Source of the DNA: Anthoceros angustus
Lineage: Eukaryota > Plantae > Anthocerotophyta
Length of the DNA: 64,000 bases
Direction: 5' to 3'
NCBI GenBank assembly: GCA_010909165.1
Contig: MU008181.1
Location: forward strand, 558,001-622,000
A program made the position numbers and the translations under genes. The notes under the pieces were generated by a model. It saw nothing but the letters and a program-made list of their open reading frames with translations, was not told the origin of the DNA and did not search any database. This document shows positions 1 to 13,149 of the stretch, piece after piece (the first letter of the stretch is position 1; each line of letters begins with the position of its first letter).

Positions 1-2899
1 GTTACTGTAAAGCCAAGATACATGAAGAGGGCCAACGTTCCTATGTGCTACTCCGTCCTTGCGGAACCTAGAAAACCTTGCCCATGGATCTCGATGGCGA
101 GGGATGAAGGCGTGCCACCGCTCATAAGTACTTACAGACCTTCGCTGGCACATCCTCACGCCACCTTACCGAGGGAGCACATGCTCATTGACTAATCTGA
201 GTAGGGTCGGTGACAACCACATCGCACTGAAACGTCCCCCAGGCCAAAAGGTCATGGGAGAAACCAGAATTAGAGTATAAGGGCTCCCTGTGGGAAGAAG
301 CCTCCCTCCTTGGCCATGGCCAGCGTAAGCAGGCGTCATGTGTAGCAATCGTTACACCCGCAGGACTGCCGAGCAAGGTGAGTACCCGAGTCGTCGAGGC
401 GCCACAAGCTTTGGAGAGGCGAGCCAAAGGCTGGACCAGCCACAAAACCTCATCGCGGTGAAAAGAGGCTGAGTGCGATTCGGAAAGCTTTGGATGCAAG
501 GCGCATGAAGCTATGAACCCGGCTCCTTACGAGCAAGAGCGGAGATGGGCACGAGCCTGAGGGATGGACGGAGTCGAAGAAGGGCCACTGCGCGCCGATA
601 TTGCTTTTCGGGAGGGCGGCTTGAAGGCAAGCCTCGGTGGCGAAGCAAAGTAAGGCCGCCCTAGCATATGTGGATAGGGAACCTCTAGCCAAACGGAGGG
701 CCACTGCGAAAATCTTCCTCCACTCCATGACGAAGGACTCCAAAATGCGAGAATCCCTAATGACGTAAGCGAGACCAAGTGTGGCGCAACTACCGGACGG
801 CCGGTGGCCCGCGCACCAATCCGTGTCGTTGCGGTAAATTGTTCCCAAGGGAATGACTTATTCGTTATACACGCTCGTTGTTCTATTCACTCCCCGCTGG
901 AGGCAATCCACGAAACCACGTCATGCCGCGCGTTGTCTCTCTAGTTGCTCTACTGCGTTCACCGTACGGGCCGGGTAGCCAACGCGTTTAAGGACTTCGT
1001 TTCGTCCAGTAACCTATCGATCCGCCATGCATGTCCCTCTCTACCTCGTCTCACCTATCGTTCTTACCCACACTCAATATCTAGGGTTGAGAGTCACGGT
1101 TGGGCATGTGGCCACTCACGGACCTCCAGCGTTCATTCACCGAGGCTCCTCCGTCCACTCACGCCCTTCCGGCGGTTAATCACGCACGCGCCTCCGATCC
1201 GTCGGCCGTCGGACTTACGCCAAGAGGAGGCGGTCAGGGGGTCCGCACGCTGACACACACACCACCACGCGTTAGGGTCCCGTCACCAGGACCTAGATCA
1301 GTCTCTCCGGGGAAGTCTTGCCCGCTCAATGACTCAGGACTCGCGTTAGCCAGGATACAAGGATCTGCAACGATAACGCGGTATCAACCCCAAAGAAGAT
1401 CGCTTCTTTGGGTGGCGCCTCTTCTACTAAATCGAGGGGTGCCTTTATTACACCTATTATTCGAGTGATGTCAGCTCACTGTGCTAACCACGTGACCTCT
1501 CTCTTCCCTATTTTTCCTACCTATATCAGCGGTGCAATGTGGTTCCAAGATTCCTTCTTAGCTCACAGCAATCCCCATCGCATCTGCGGGCGCAATCGGA
1601 TGATCCAGCGACCCGGAACCCCAGGAGGCTCTTCCTGCACTCGGACTCTGTCGGGTTGCGCCCAGGCGGACGACAGCGCATTGACCACCAAGTCTTCCTC
1701 CTCGCTGTCCATTGGCGCTGGTGGGTCCTTGCCACAGGTCCGAGTCCGGGAGCCGTTCTTCCTCGGTGGGTTGAGACTGACTCTCATCCACCCCTTCCCC
1801 CACTCCCAGGTTTAAAGCCACGGGACTCCCTTCCCCCTCCTGAGTCCGGACCTCGGAGTCCGTCCTCAGGGTGTGAGCATGGTAAGGTGACCACTAATTT
1901 AGGAAACAGGCGAAACCGTCTCTAAGTGGTGTTTTGCATTATGTTCAGATTTAACAATTGAAATTATGCCCATATTGACCGATATTTTTAGGGCTATTCG
2001 TTTTTAACTTCATAGATATATTGCATTTTTTATAAAAAATTAATTTATTTGATATATTAGTAGATTAAGTCTTGCTATATATACTAGGGACAATTTATTA
2101 TACAAACTCGTAAGTAATGACGGAGCGGGAGGCGGAAGCAGCGGGATGCTCGTTGACTTTTAAGGGTGATAATGAGGTTATCCACTTCCATCAGTAGTGC
2201 TCTAATGTTGAGACTCACAAGCATTGGATTTGTGCATACATCCTGACTGAGCTCAACCTTGGGCCCGGTGAGTTGTCGACCATGTGGAGTCCCTACATGG
2301 CCTGGAAACTATGTCGTCAGCAATAGGTGGTGTGGCAGGCGGTGATGTGAGGCTTGGGTCGAAAGGTTCTTCTGGCGGTTGGTAGCTCGGTGGTGCGGGC
2401 GGTGGCGGTGGCTTTGTCGTGATTTGGGCGTTGCGGCGAGCTTTTCGGCAGGGGCTTTTGTGGCGGCCAGGCGTGGGCGTGCGAGCGGCGGCGGAGGTTT
2501 TTGTGAGCGTGTGTGAGGCGTGTGCGAGTGCTGATGCGTGAGCGGACATAACGAAGCATGTTTGGTTTGTTTAAGTTGTGTGCTTAACAGCTCAACGTTG
2601 GAGTAGAAGGCGGTTTGGTGATTCTTCGGTGAGGAAGCTGTGAGGAGGGCTGGGTGAGGAGGAAGCAGTTGGGTCATTTGTTCTTTCTAGTTAGTAGGCG
2701 GCGCACTCATTGTTCCTGTGGCGAGCACATGGCGTTGTGTGTGCTTGTGGATGCGGATCATGGGAGGTGGTGGCAGCGTTTACGGCTGCGGTGACGGTGT
2801 GAAATGCTCCTTTCAGCTACTTTCCAGTGCTACAGGACCATTTGTGTCACGGCGAGGAAAGCGTGGGTGTCAGTTGAGGACACCATGTCACTAGCAGTA

Positions 2900-5520
2900 G
2901 GGTGAAGGCTCGGCGTGTGGCGGCTCTGGCGATAAGGTGGTGTGTCAAGCGCCTCTGTGCAAGCAAGATGGGCGAGGCGCTGAAGGCTGAACTAGGTTGG
3001 ATAAATGCAAAGGTGTGCTCTGCAAGACGACATTCTGAAAAATTCGGGGAGCATTGGTGTTGGCACTACGGTGATATGGAATTGTCAACTACTGAATGTG
3101 AAGATGTCTTTGAACTACGAGGTTGGACTAAAGGAGGCTATTGGAGGTGAAGATGAGATCAAGAGGCATTTTGGGGATGTCACTAATGGAAATGATGGAT
3201 ACCTCTTGGGGATCAGACCTCTTGTCGACATAGAGTGGGCATGTTGATAGTCTTGTTGAGAAGGCTGTATGGGCGGGCTCCACATTGCATCGCAAAGGTG
3301 CCACGGTTTGTGGCACTTGGGTTAATCGAGAAGAAGCTTGGCAAGCGTGTGAATTGGTTTGAGTACTATTTAGGCTTGAGAAGAGGCGAGGATAAAGGCG
3401 ATCGATGGAGAAGAAATCACGGTGTGGAAGTCCCATGCGGAGAATACAAGCGATTCTTCACTGTTGTGGTGGCGGTGATGATGCGAGGCGGAGGTTGATG
3501 TGGAAGAGTGTTCCACTCACAGCCGAGCGGAGCGAGCGACCACGAGGCGATCCTCCGGCAATCTGGAGCTCTCGAGTTGGGAAGAGGAAGCCTGAAGGCC
3601 ATGAAGAAGGGACGGACCTCCGGGCGCAAAGAATGTAGAAGAGGGCAAGAAGGGAGGCAGGTCTCCAATTCGATTCTGGTGGCGAGAAAAGTGACACCAG
3701 CAGGCTACGTGTCTTGAGCCATGGGCACCAAAGGTTGTCATGGATGAGGTGCATGGAAAAATTATGCGAGTTGGAAGCTTGTCTTTGCGGAGGAGGCTGT
3801 TTTGTCAAAAGATGGGGAGGAGGCACTCTTGGATTTGGGCAACACCAAGGTCGGCTTGACATGGTCATGAATAGTGGAGGCGGCGAGTATTCGAGACTTT
3901 GTCAGCATTGATTACATGCTTGACAAAACTAAATATTCGAGGGTGTTTCGACCGGTTGAAGGAGAAAAAGAGGAACAAGCTCAGGACCACAGCTTCTCTT
4001 GAGGATGTTCTCCGGTAGCGTTCAACGGGCAGAACATGGATCACTGCGTAGTGTCGGCTCCCTGCCTCTCCCGCCAAGTCATGCCCCGTCGAGCAGGCGT
4101 GTAGTGTTTGTCTGGTAAGTGTGGATTCTTCTTGCACGGACGTGTGTCCTTGATGTTTTCCTTATGGTGATGTCTGCGGTGGAGGTTGGGTGCTCTGGTG
4201 GCGTTCACGGGATGGTGAGGTGGTGGTAGGGGTGCTCAAGGGGTGGTGACTCATGTGTTCTCTGGTGGAAGGGTGGGTGATCACTTGGGACGGGATGGTG
4301 AGGTGGTTCGGTGTTCATCTGGGTGTCTGGTGAGCTTTTGGTGGCCTTGGTGATGTAGTGCATGGCTTGTGTGCGAGTTATGGCCTTCTTTGTAGGTCGG
4401 TGGGCTGGTGGTGGCATTCGTGATGTAGTGGTAGGTTGGTGGGCGGTGGTGGCCTCGGTGATGTCATGGTTTCTGGTGGATGGGTTCTTTGGACTTGGTG
4501 ATGTAGTGGTGGGGTGGCGGACGAGGTGGCCTTGGCACCACCTAGTCATGTGGTGCCAAGGCCAAGGTGATCCCTTTCTCCACGCAACCCGGTGGTTTTC
4601 CTTCAAAGCAAGCTTGGTGTGTCCTAAAGTGTAATGTGTGTCATGGCGGGGTGGTATGCTGTGAGATAGTGGTCTTCACTCCATGTGGCCATTGCTTCCA
4701 CGATATGCATGTGCACTTGACAAACATTGTTCTGCCCGTCGAGTGCAATCTTGATGTGCATCATGGTTGAGGCGAAGGTTGGTGATCAAAGCACCGAGCT
4801 CCTTCCATGGGAGCAGGACCAGAGACACTTGGGAGAAAGAGTTCCTCGAGTGCATTGGAGACCGGCGACCATGACCACAGATGGAAAGACATTGAGTCAC
4901 AATCACCGGACAATTGGTTGGCCACCAGCGACAAAAAATCTTGGAGTCTCAATATGTATGTTCCAGTTCTCAGTGTTTGTTGTCTTGTCCATTTTGTTGG
5001 AAGTGCGACTAAATTTCTTTGTCATCTGACATCGAACTGGTCGGTGCAATTGCCAACTGGCCCGATGTCAACATATTTCTCCACCTGCCGTGTAGCTGAT
5101 GAATTTCTGCTTGCAAGGCGAAGGAGGCACATGAAGCCTCGTGAATTCCTTCGAGACCCCAATGCGGAGGAAAAGCCTCGTGTTGTTCGCGCATGTTTGG
5201 GCGTGATTACTCGGGCTGAGTGGTGCTAGACTCACAAATTGAAGATGGCGTTGTCCCCAGGCAGCCACACAGCGACCCTCGGTTCATGGACATAGCTCCT
5301 ACTCCACCAAGGCCGCCATACAAGGTCCCCCCAGGGTTGAAGTTGGTGAGGAATGCAGGGCAGCAAGTTGGCATGTGTCGTGTTCCTCTGAAAGGACATC
5401 GGTGTGGGTTTGTGAGGGCATTGCTTTGTTGAAACTAGATATTGTCTACACTTTGAGTACATGTTTGTCGTTGCGCAGATGACGAGGCCACGGCCCTGCT
5501 AGCTGGTGGCGCGCCTCTTC
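2900..5520 (+). mobile_element. Degenerate Ty3/gypsy LTR-retrotransposon gag-pol remnant
   Basis: Frameshifted motifs in gypsy order: zinc-knuckle-like ~3500, protease-like ALLDLG ~3820, RT-like segment ~3890-4080, integrase-like TMTTDGKTLSHNHRT (cf. TAFHPQTDGQTERTNRT) ~4870-4910, possible chromodomain remnant ~5400-5520. No LTR pair resolved. Confidence 0.6.
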
Positions 5521-7899
5521 TCTCGTTCTCACGGGTGTATTGTGCGATCTCTTTGGACAACGGTGCCTTCCGGTATTCAGTGGAGGTGTGGATGTAGGTG
5601 ATGAAATGGTTGTGGTGTCATAGTCTTGTGAATCGGTGATAACTTGGAGGTGGCGCAATTGAATGTGTTGATGTAATGTGGCGGAGGAGTCGGTGGTGTT
5701 CTACACATAACCAATATTTTGGATCATGTGGCAAGTGGACGATGCGGACCGAGTGTCCATTGGCATGACGATAACTAGTGATGTCCAATATGGTAGCCGA
5801 GGGTGGTGGCGGTGGAGATGCAGCAGCATGAGGTGGCGCGATGGAATCTTGTGATGATTGGTGCCAAATCGGTTATAGCGAGATAGGGTTGTTGCGAATG
5901 GCGCCTCAATGAAACATCACAAATGTTGGAGCATCTGCGATGTGGAGGCGATTGCATGGAAATCTTGATCGAACACTTGCAACCGGATTCAATGTCTGGT
6001 GCTCTTGACCAACTTGGTCGACATGACGGTGTTCTTGCAGGTGGTGTTGGGCAATCCATGCTCTATGAAGAAGGTGTGTCATCTTTATTGTGGCATATGG
6101 GAAGCAGGCACCTAAGACTCTATATTTGGATCTTGTGGAGCATCACGGGCATAAGCCACGATCTTTGAAAGTGTGATGATGTCATACATGGCCATGGATG
6201 GCCTGACATGTTATATCTTGCCATGTGTGTGCCAATGTATGCATGTATGCGTATGGAGATGAAGGATGACGTATGATGTATGTGGACATGTGGCGGTGAT
6301 GTGTCATAGGCGCATGCAATCTATATGCATGGTTATGCATGTATGATGCTATAGCGCATATATAGGTAGCAGACATATATTAGAAAATACATAAAAATCG
6401 TAAATCAAGGAAAAGGGCGAATAGGCTGTTAAGCACATAAATATTATTATTTCGAAGGCCAAGGAAAGTAGGATTATAAAGTGCCCACCATCGATACGTG
6501 TGGACACTTCATCGAGAACTCCTGGGGGTTTTTGCCTATATATGTGGGCACCCAGCCATGGATTCTTGGATTGTTGATGTTTGTCTTGTTCTAATAGACA
6601 ACCATACCGTCCTGTTGTGTCTTTGTCTCCTAGAGGTTCTTGTGGTTCATTGCATTACAGTTGGGAGAATTTTCCATCTTGATTTCACTTGCAGTCCCGG
6701 TGCCTCTCTTAGGCAAACCCAGTCTCTTTTTAGCACCCTTGGCCATAGGCCAAGGACAAATTAAAGGGGTTATTGCTCTGGGCCAAAGGCCAAGGGCGTC
6801 CTGGTGGTGATGCTTAGAAAGGACTTAGCTTTGTGGCGAGGCTAGGTAGGCATGCAACTGCGTCACGGGCTGCGCGACATGGGCCTGCGAACGAAAAGGT
6901 GACTTCTGGAATGGTTGATGAGTTCGCAGCCACTGTGGGTGAGTCAGAAAAAACCAATGAAGGAAGGAGGCGCATGCGAGGCAGACTGTAGGGCGCCCGC
7001 CTCCCGCGCCAGTTCGAGCCGGGAGGCCTGAAAAGGAAGAATGTGAAATAGGCCCCCAAGAGGAACGTCCGTGGGAAGCACAAGGGTGCTCAATGGTCAG
7101 CTATAGAGGATGTGGATGAAGTGCCTGCCCCACCCATGCCTCAAGGTCTTATGACAGGAGCGGACACAGTCCGTGCAGGTAGTAACTTTATGGTGCTGGC
7201 TCCTAAGGGAAATGTAGAGCATGTGGAGTTCTATGTGCTACAGTGTCGGCCGTGCGCCACCTAGCCAAGCCGTTTCGACAAAGCATGGCAAAGCGGCAAG
7301 GTGTTTCCTATTGGCGATGGGGTGATCATGGCTTATTATTACGGCGAGAGCCAAATTAGGGTGTACCAGCTCTCAACTCGTGTCCGTGGTCACCCCCGCA
7401 ATTGAGGAGGACATGGTTTTGGCGACAAACTTCAGCATGACTTCCATCCAGGCTACCCCAAGACATCTAGGTGTATTGGGCTGAGCCCTACAATCGCCAA
7501 ATATCTGAATTTGGGTGGCTAAGAGGAGCATGTCAAGGAGGGACTTGACAGCTCAAGTGATTGTCTTGGTACGGTATGGTCGGCATTGTCTATCGTGGTT
7601 TTGAGTTTGTGGAATGGCTAAATTTTACATTGTTAAGGAGGTTGATACACGATCTACACAGAGCAACAAACAACAGGGAGTTTACCGCAATTAATGACAG
7701 ATGACATGCTTCAATGCGATGCGCACATGAGACCCGATCCTATATGCAAATTCCTACTGGCGAGTAGGACTTTGGAACCTCAGGTAGAACATAAAAAATA
7801 GGTGCTCCCGTGTTTTCCTACTCTAAGTGAAGCAGGAACCGAATGAAGCGGACATGTAAAATTACACGGACTTCTATCGATCATGCTGGGATGCATTCA

Positions 7900-9760
7900 T
7901 GGCATATGTTGTTGAATTGATTGATATTTTGGATGTTCCATTGTGGACGGCATCCACTTGGTGATGCGGTTGTCTGGAGAGGCGTCTGGAGGATGCGTTG
8001 TGATTTGGCCCAATGGGCATTTGCAGAATTGTAATGAATGCGCCGCTATGCGAGGAAATTCTATGGGTTCTGCTGCTAGAATTGATTGGGGAATTTTGGA
8101 ATTCGCTTATTGTGGGGAAGCGTCTGCGGCTGGCTTTGTCATTAGAATCGTAGCCAAGTAATGAGCGCTTTCTCAAGGAGCTTCAATGCAAGCCTATGGA
8201 GCCTCAAAGTGTGCATCCAAAGGCAATGAATAAGTTGCGGATACTATCTGTACTCCCCAAGAAGGGGCTTGGAGGCGTTGTTCGGATGACAAGTGAGCTC
8301 ACCGATGCAACATATGTGTTATGGTAGGAACTTTTGAGTGCTTTGATATCGTCGAAGGAGGCACAATCTTTGCGAAGATGAGGCACTGTTTCTTGATGAC
8401 AATTGAGCAAGCTGTGACTGATGAAGTGGCTTCTGCAATGTCATCCACGGAATATCATTTTCGATGCAGTTTCGGTGATGTTTGGGTTGTTCCATTTTAA
8501 TACCAAGTCGTTGGTGACCTGATGGAGCAAAGAAAAGGATCAAACTTTTGTTTTTCAGGGAGACTCATCCATTGATTTTATACCCTACTTGAAAGAAAAA
8601 TTGAAAGAGTTCATCTGCGTTTTATGCAGGATGTTTTGAGGTTGGAATTTTTGAAATTACTTAGGTGGCCAAATTGATGCTGTTGGAACATCATGGACTT
8701 GATATTGGAACATGCTTTGGTGTTCAAAACAAAATTCAATCTATGTCATTGGCATAATGATTAGGTTTAGATGTGTTTGTCACTGTTCTACTCACAGGAG
8801 GGCCAGGTCCAATTGATGCAAGGGATCGGCTTGCAAACGCAGAACAAATACTATCCTATCATGTGGAATCCTTTGGTGGCACATAATGGCTTTAAATGTG
8901 ACATCCTAAAATTGTCCTTTGGATTTCACTATGGAGCCACGGGGTGCAATGGGCAGCCATGTGCTCCTAACTTGGTGCTGTAATTTGTCGAGAAGCATGC
9001 TGTACTCCTCAGTTCCGTTGATGGTGGGAAGCCATGGGGCATGAGAGGGCGAGGAGCAAGGAGCTTGATGGATTGTCCGACTTGAATGAAAACATGTCAT
9101 GGACTGTTTCTGGCTCATTCAATACCTATATGGTTCCTTATGCTATCATGGAAGGCTAACAACTTATCATGAGGACTCATCCAATATACCAATTAAAACA
9201 AAACATTTTCCAGCAATGGCCGGGGAAAGTATTGTTCACATTCTTGGGTTTGGTGGCCCTCCAATTAACTACTTTGGAGACAATAGAATGTATTGGTGCA
9301 CAAACTTGTCTTTGGGGGCATAATTTCTATGTCGAATCGGCTTGTGGGCTTCTCGTGCTGGTTTTAGCCGCTATCACGATGCAAAGTTCAAGATCGTACC
9401 AGGCGATGGGCAGGCTGGACGTTCACGGGCTGTGGCGAGGGGCGAGTGGATCCCATATGCACGGGAGAGACCTCGATATCGCTCTTTAAAAACATTCCAT
9501 GGGGAATGGGATCCCAACATTGTTAGGGAAGATTGTTTATGCTTAACTATGGGGACAATGAATGGATAGCGGTGGAAGATAAGCGGCACTTGATATTTGT
9601 AAGCCGCTACAAATAAACATCTTTGATGGTTTGATCTTATGGTGGGGACCATATTCACATTCTTTGCAATACTTTGAACATGCGGCGGCATGTTGTTGTC
9701 TTGGGGCACTTGTAGGCGGCGTGTTTAGTATGGTTGTTACCATCAAATCGTAGCTGAACC
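7900..9760 (+). mobile_element. Highly degenerate MULE/SWIM-type transposase relic
   Basis: Fragments such as GYHDAKFK...GRLDVHGLW (~9370-9435) parallel AWHGFLK...RLDWLLHTLW of the element at 23.9 kb; CKHL-like remnant ~9600; many stops. Confidence 0.4.
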
Positions 9761-12700
9761 CGAGGGTGACCAAATGGAAGCATCTTGACCCGGTTTTTAT
9801 CTGATACCACCAAAGCATCTTTGGACACTCATAGATCAGGATCGGGGTCCCTCCTCCTTCCAGTCCAGTTCTCAGGTCCGCCTCACTTGAGTCCGAACCT
9901 CGGGGTAGTTGTTTCACGGGATTCCGGACACTCAGGAGTCAGAGGCATTTCCCAGGGTCCCTCTTCCTTACGGACCTCCTTCCCACACATGCCGGATTCC
10001 CTTGCCTTTGACTTCCTCCCATGAGTGCTCGGGACCTCTCTCTTCTCCTAACCAGATTGGAGCTGCCGGACTTACTTCTCCTTGTTGTTTCCAAGCCGTC
10101 CCCCTCATCAGTTGCTCCCTTAACCAGATCCTCTTGCTCTGTCCCGACGGCCTCCCGGGGTCCCGGCTGTGCTATCTCCCAGAGCCCTCATCCCTCCACA
10201 CTCATCATCCAGAGACAAAGCGGCCTGGTGGGATATACGGGATAATCCTGCCCCAGTATACTCGGGGGATTCCCCAATTCCGCCCCTTACTTGTCCCACC
10301 ACAATTGAACGCGACTCGGGGTAAGGAAGAGTGTTCTTGAATGAAAGGAGCATATGGACACAATATTCTAGTATGGATATTTGCGCATATGCTAGTATAG
10401 AAATTCCTATTTTAGGACATAAGTGATCGCTCATTATCGGTAGAGTAGACATGCTAAATAAGCATGTTAGTTGCAAACTAAGTCGGAGGACGGGTTTTAA
10501 ACCACGCAGGCTAGTTAGCAAAAGCGTGGGAGAAGGCGCCAAGGGCGGATGCGAGAATGATGGAAATGGGCGCAAGCGTGGTGAGAGGTGCAAACGTGGC
10601 TGGAAGATGGCGTGACCAGATGGCGAGCAAAGATAAGTGGAGGATTAGGGCCCATGCGGTTGTTGAAGTCGCGCCGTGGGCTGCGCATAGGGAGCAATCC
10701 CAAGATCCTTCTTGCTGAAAACAGGAATGCAATCTTGAAGGAAGCTTAGATTCGAGCGTGTTTTTGAGCAACGGATCTTGTGTAGGTGTTGGTGTGATTT
10801 TCCAACTCGTAATCACAAACCGTGATCCTCTTCAATGCCGGATCACGCAAGCAATGCTGTCACACTTGTTCACTTCAACAACTCCTCTCTTGGAAGCATG
10901 GAGCCTAGGGGAGATAGCAGGCAGTATGTAAGCATCTACAAATGGCCAGGTAAGACACCCAAGATGGGTCATGGTAGTATTGTAGGTAGGCGGGGGACAA
11001 CAAATATTCAAGTCTCTGGCCCCAGACTGAGACACAGGCGGTCGTTGAGGATTCCATCCATGTTTTCATTTCGATGCGGTGGATTCTTTTACATTACATT
11101 CCCATTCGAGGATCCTTTTGGGTGAATTTTAGGTTGAAGGGCACCGATTTCCGTGCACCTTATTATCAATTCGAGGAGGATTTGACCAAATTCATTGTCT
11201 CGTGTTGCTGATTTGTCTGGTGACCACCTTCATGTTGGCTTTCATGGGTGATGCACCCAGACGAGTGAGACCGGCCACGCTCACTCGAACCCGGGACATT
11301 CCTGCAGGATTACTCCCGAGCGAGTGCAGGCAAGGAGGAGGTGGGCAGCCCGTGAGGCAGCAGCGATGGCGAAGGGCGTTGAGGCGGCTTCGCCTCCAAC
11401 ACCTCAACCAAGCCACAAGTCCTACAGTGGGGTCGCCTTGTCACACAAATTTCGCTTGGGGCGTCAAGCAATTCGATTCCGCAGCAAAGAGTATCCAGTC
11501 GCACTAGGAGCATCTCTTTCGGGGACAGTCCAAACGGCCCGTACTGGGGCAGTCAGCGGATACTGGGGCAGGCCCGGATTATTGATTCGAGACACCATGG
11601 AGGAGGAGGACCATCATCACGGACATGAGAGATTCTCGGAAGGCAGTACTCGAGACATTGCGAGATTTCAAGGCATTTATCAATGGCATGATCGGTGAAG
11701 TGAAGTTCAAACATGGTTGACAATCATTTATACATGTTTGAGCTTGGCGGGGTACCCTAGCGTATGAGGCGTTGGACTGTATAGGCGCACTGTGGATCTC
11801 ATGGCAAGTGGCTACGCCAATCCTCTTTTCAGTGCCTTGCGGTTAGCCTACAACGCTAAAGCGCCACGCAATCAATGCTCACCAGTAGACATTGTCTGAA
11901 GCCGCATCAGCAGCCTACGGTTGTTAGCTTGACGCAGCAGAGGTTGGCGGCCATGTGAGGGGTGGATGAGCACATCTTGACACCTAAGCACCAATCCTGG
12001 AGGTGTTCATGGGGATTCGAGAAAGCCTTCCAAGACTCTGAAAAAATTGCAGCTTGCATCCTTTACCAAGAAAGGAGAGACAAGGTCTGAGACTTTTCGG
12101 AGGTTGCAAAAGCTGCGTGGAAGGCACACATCTTGATAGATCGGAGGCGGCGGAGAAATTTTTGGTGACTTTGGAGGGGACTCCTTGTTCCATTTTCAGC
12201 TCATCACTTCTCTAGTGGATAAGTATGGTGACAGTATGCTTTGAACAGTGCATGAAGGCGGAGCCGGGAGATTGCCTTCTGCGTATGCCTCACTCCAAGG
12301 CTTTTCTCACTATCAAAGCATGTTCACGACAAAGGAACGACCCAGAAGTGGGAGTCAGGATCAGCGCAAGGCAGGCTAAGCCGGCGGGGGCTGCCGCCCG
12401 GAAGCCTCGTGCAATCGATGTGGAAGTCCGAGCACCTCGCTCCGCATGCAAGTGCTTGCCCCGAGGGGCTTTCACCATTGCCACAAGATAGGGCATTTGG
12501 TGACAGTGTGTTTTCAAAAAGCCGGGCCTTGGTCTCAAAGGGAGGCACAAATTAGCTGGAGCGGCCGCTGCGCGGATCTTTGGGACTGACTCGGCCGTTC
12601 GGCCTTGCAGCGGCAAACAACGGCGAAGACCAAGGCCAAGGCGCAGCCAATGCGAGAAGGTTGCCTCACTTGAAGCCTCGATCAGCCTCACCACGGTGAG

Positions 12701-13149
12701 GGGCATTAGCCTCCCTTGCAGCAACCGTGTCTCCCAAGGCGGGATAGCTACACCTAATCCCTCGGCTGTGAAGAGGCTGAAGAGACTCTCCCCATGAGGT
12801 ATGCAGTCGGCCCGGTTGGGCATTGACATGTCCAAGAGCCTACACTACATGGGTAGGATCGACCTTCCGACACTTCATCTTGGATGTGGAGGCGGAATGT
12901 GTGGACCGGACACGAGGCGGCGAGGGCAAGGCGGCCATGCCTCGATCATTCACTCCTCTGGCCGGAGTGGCCATCCCATTCGTGAGACCTCCTAGTTGAT
13001 CTTATGGCGAGGCGGCCTTCCACAAGGCGATCGAGGCATGCACAGGCGGGGGTCTACGCACATCCATCAGCCCTCACTACAAATCGGTGGTTGAGAAATT
13101 TCGAGTTACCCTTGTTTTCTTTCTGAGACATGGGGATCGACTCAACTCA

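Noticed and set aside
166-1925. ORFs at the window start as genes
   Set aside because: No recognisable domains; probably retroelement LTR or UTR sequence, but boundaries could not be supported.
9800-9809. TCTGATACCA as a tRNA-Met primer-binding site on the minus strand
   Set aside because: No adjacent TG...CA LTR end or convincing partner LTR was found; similarity to 1840-1860 is too short.
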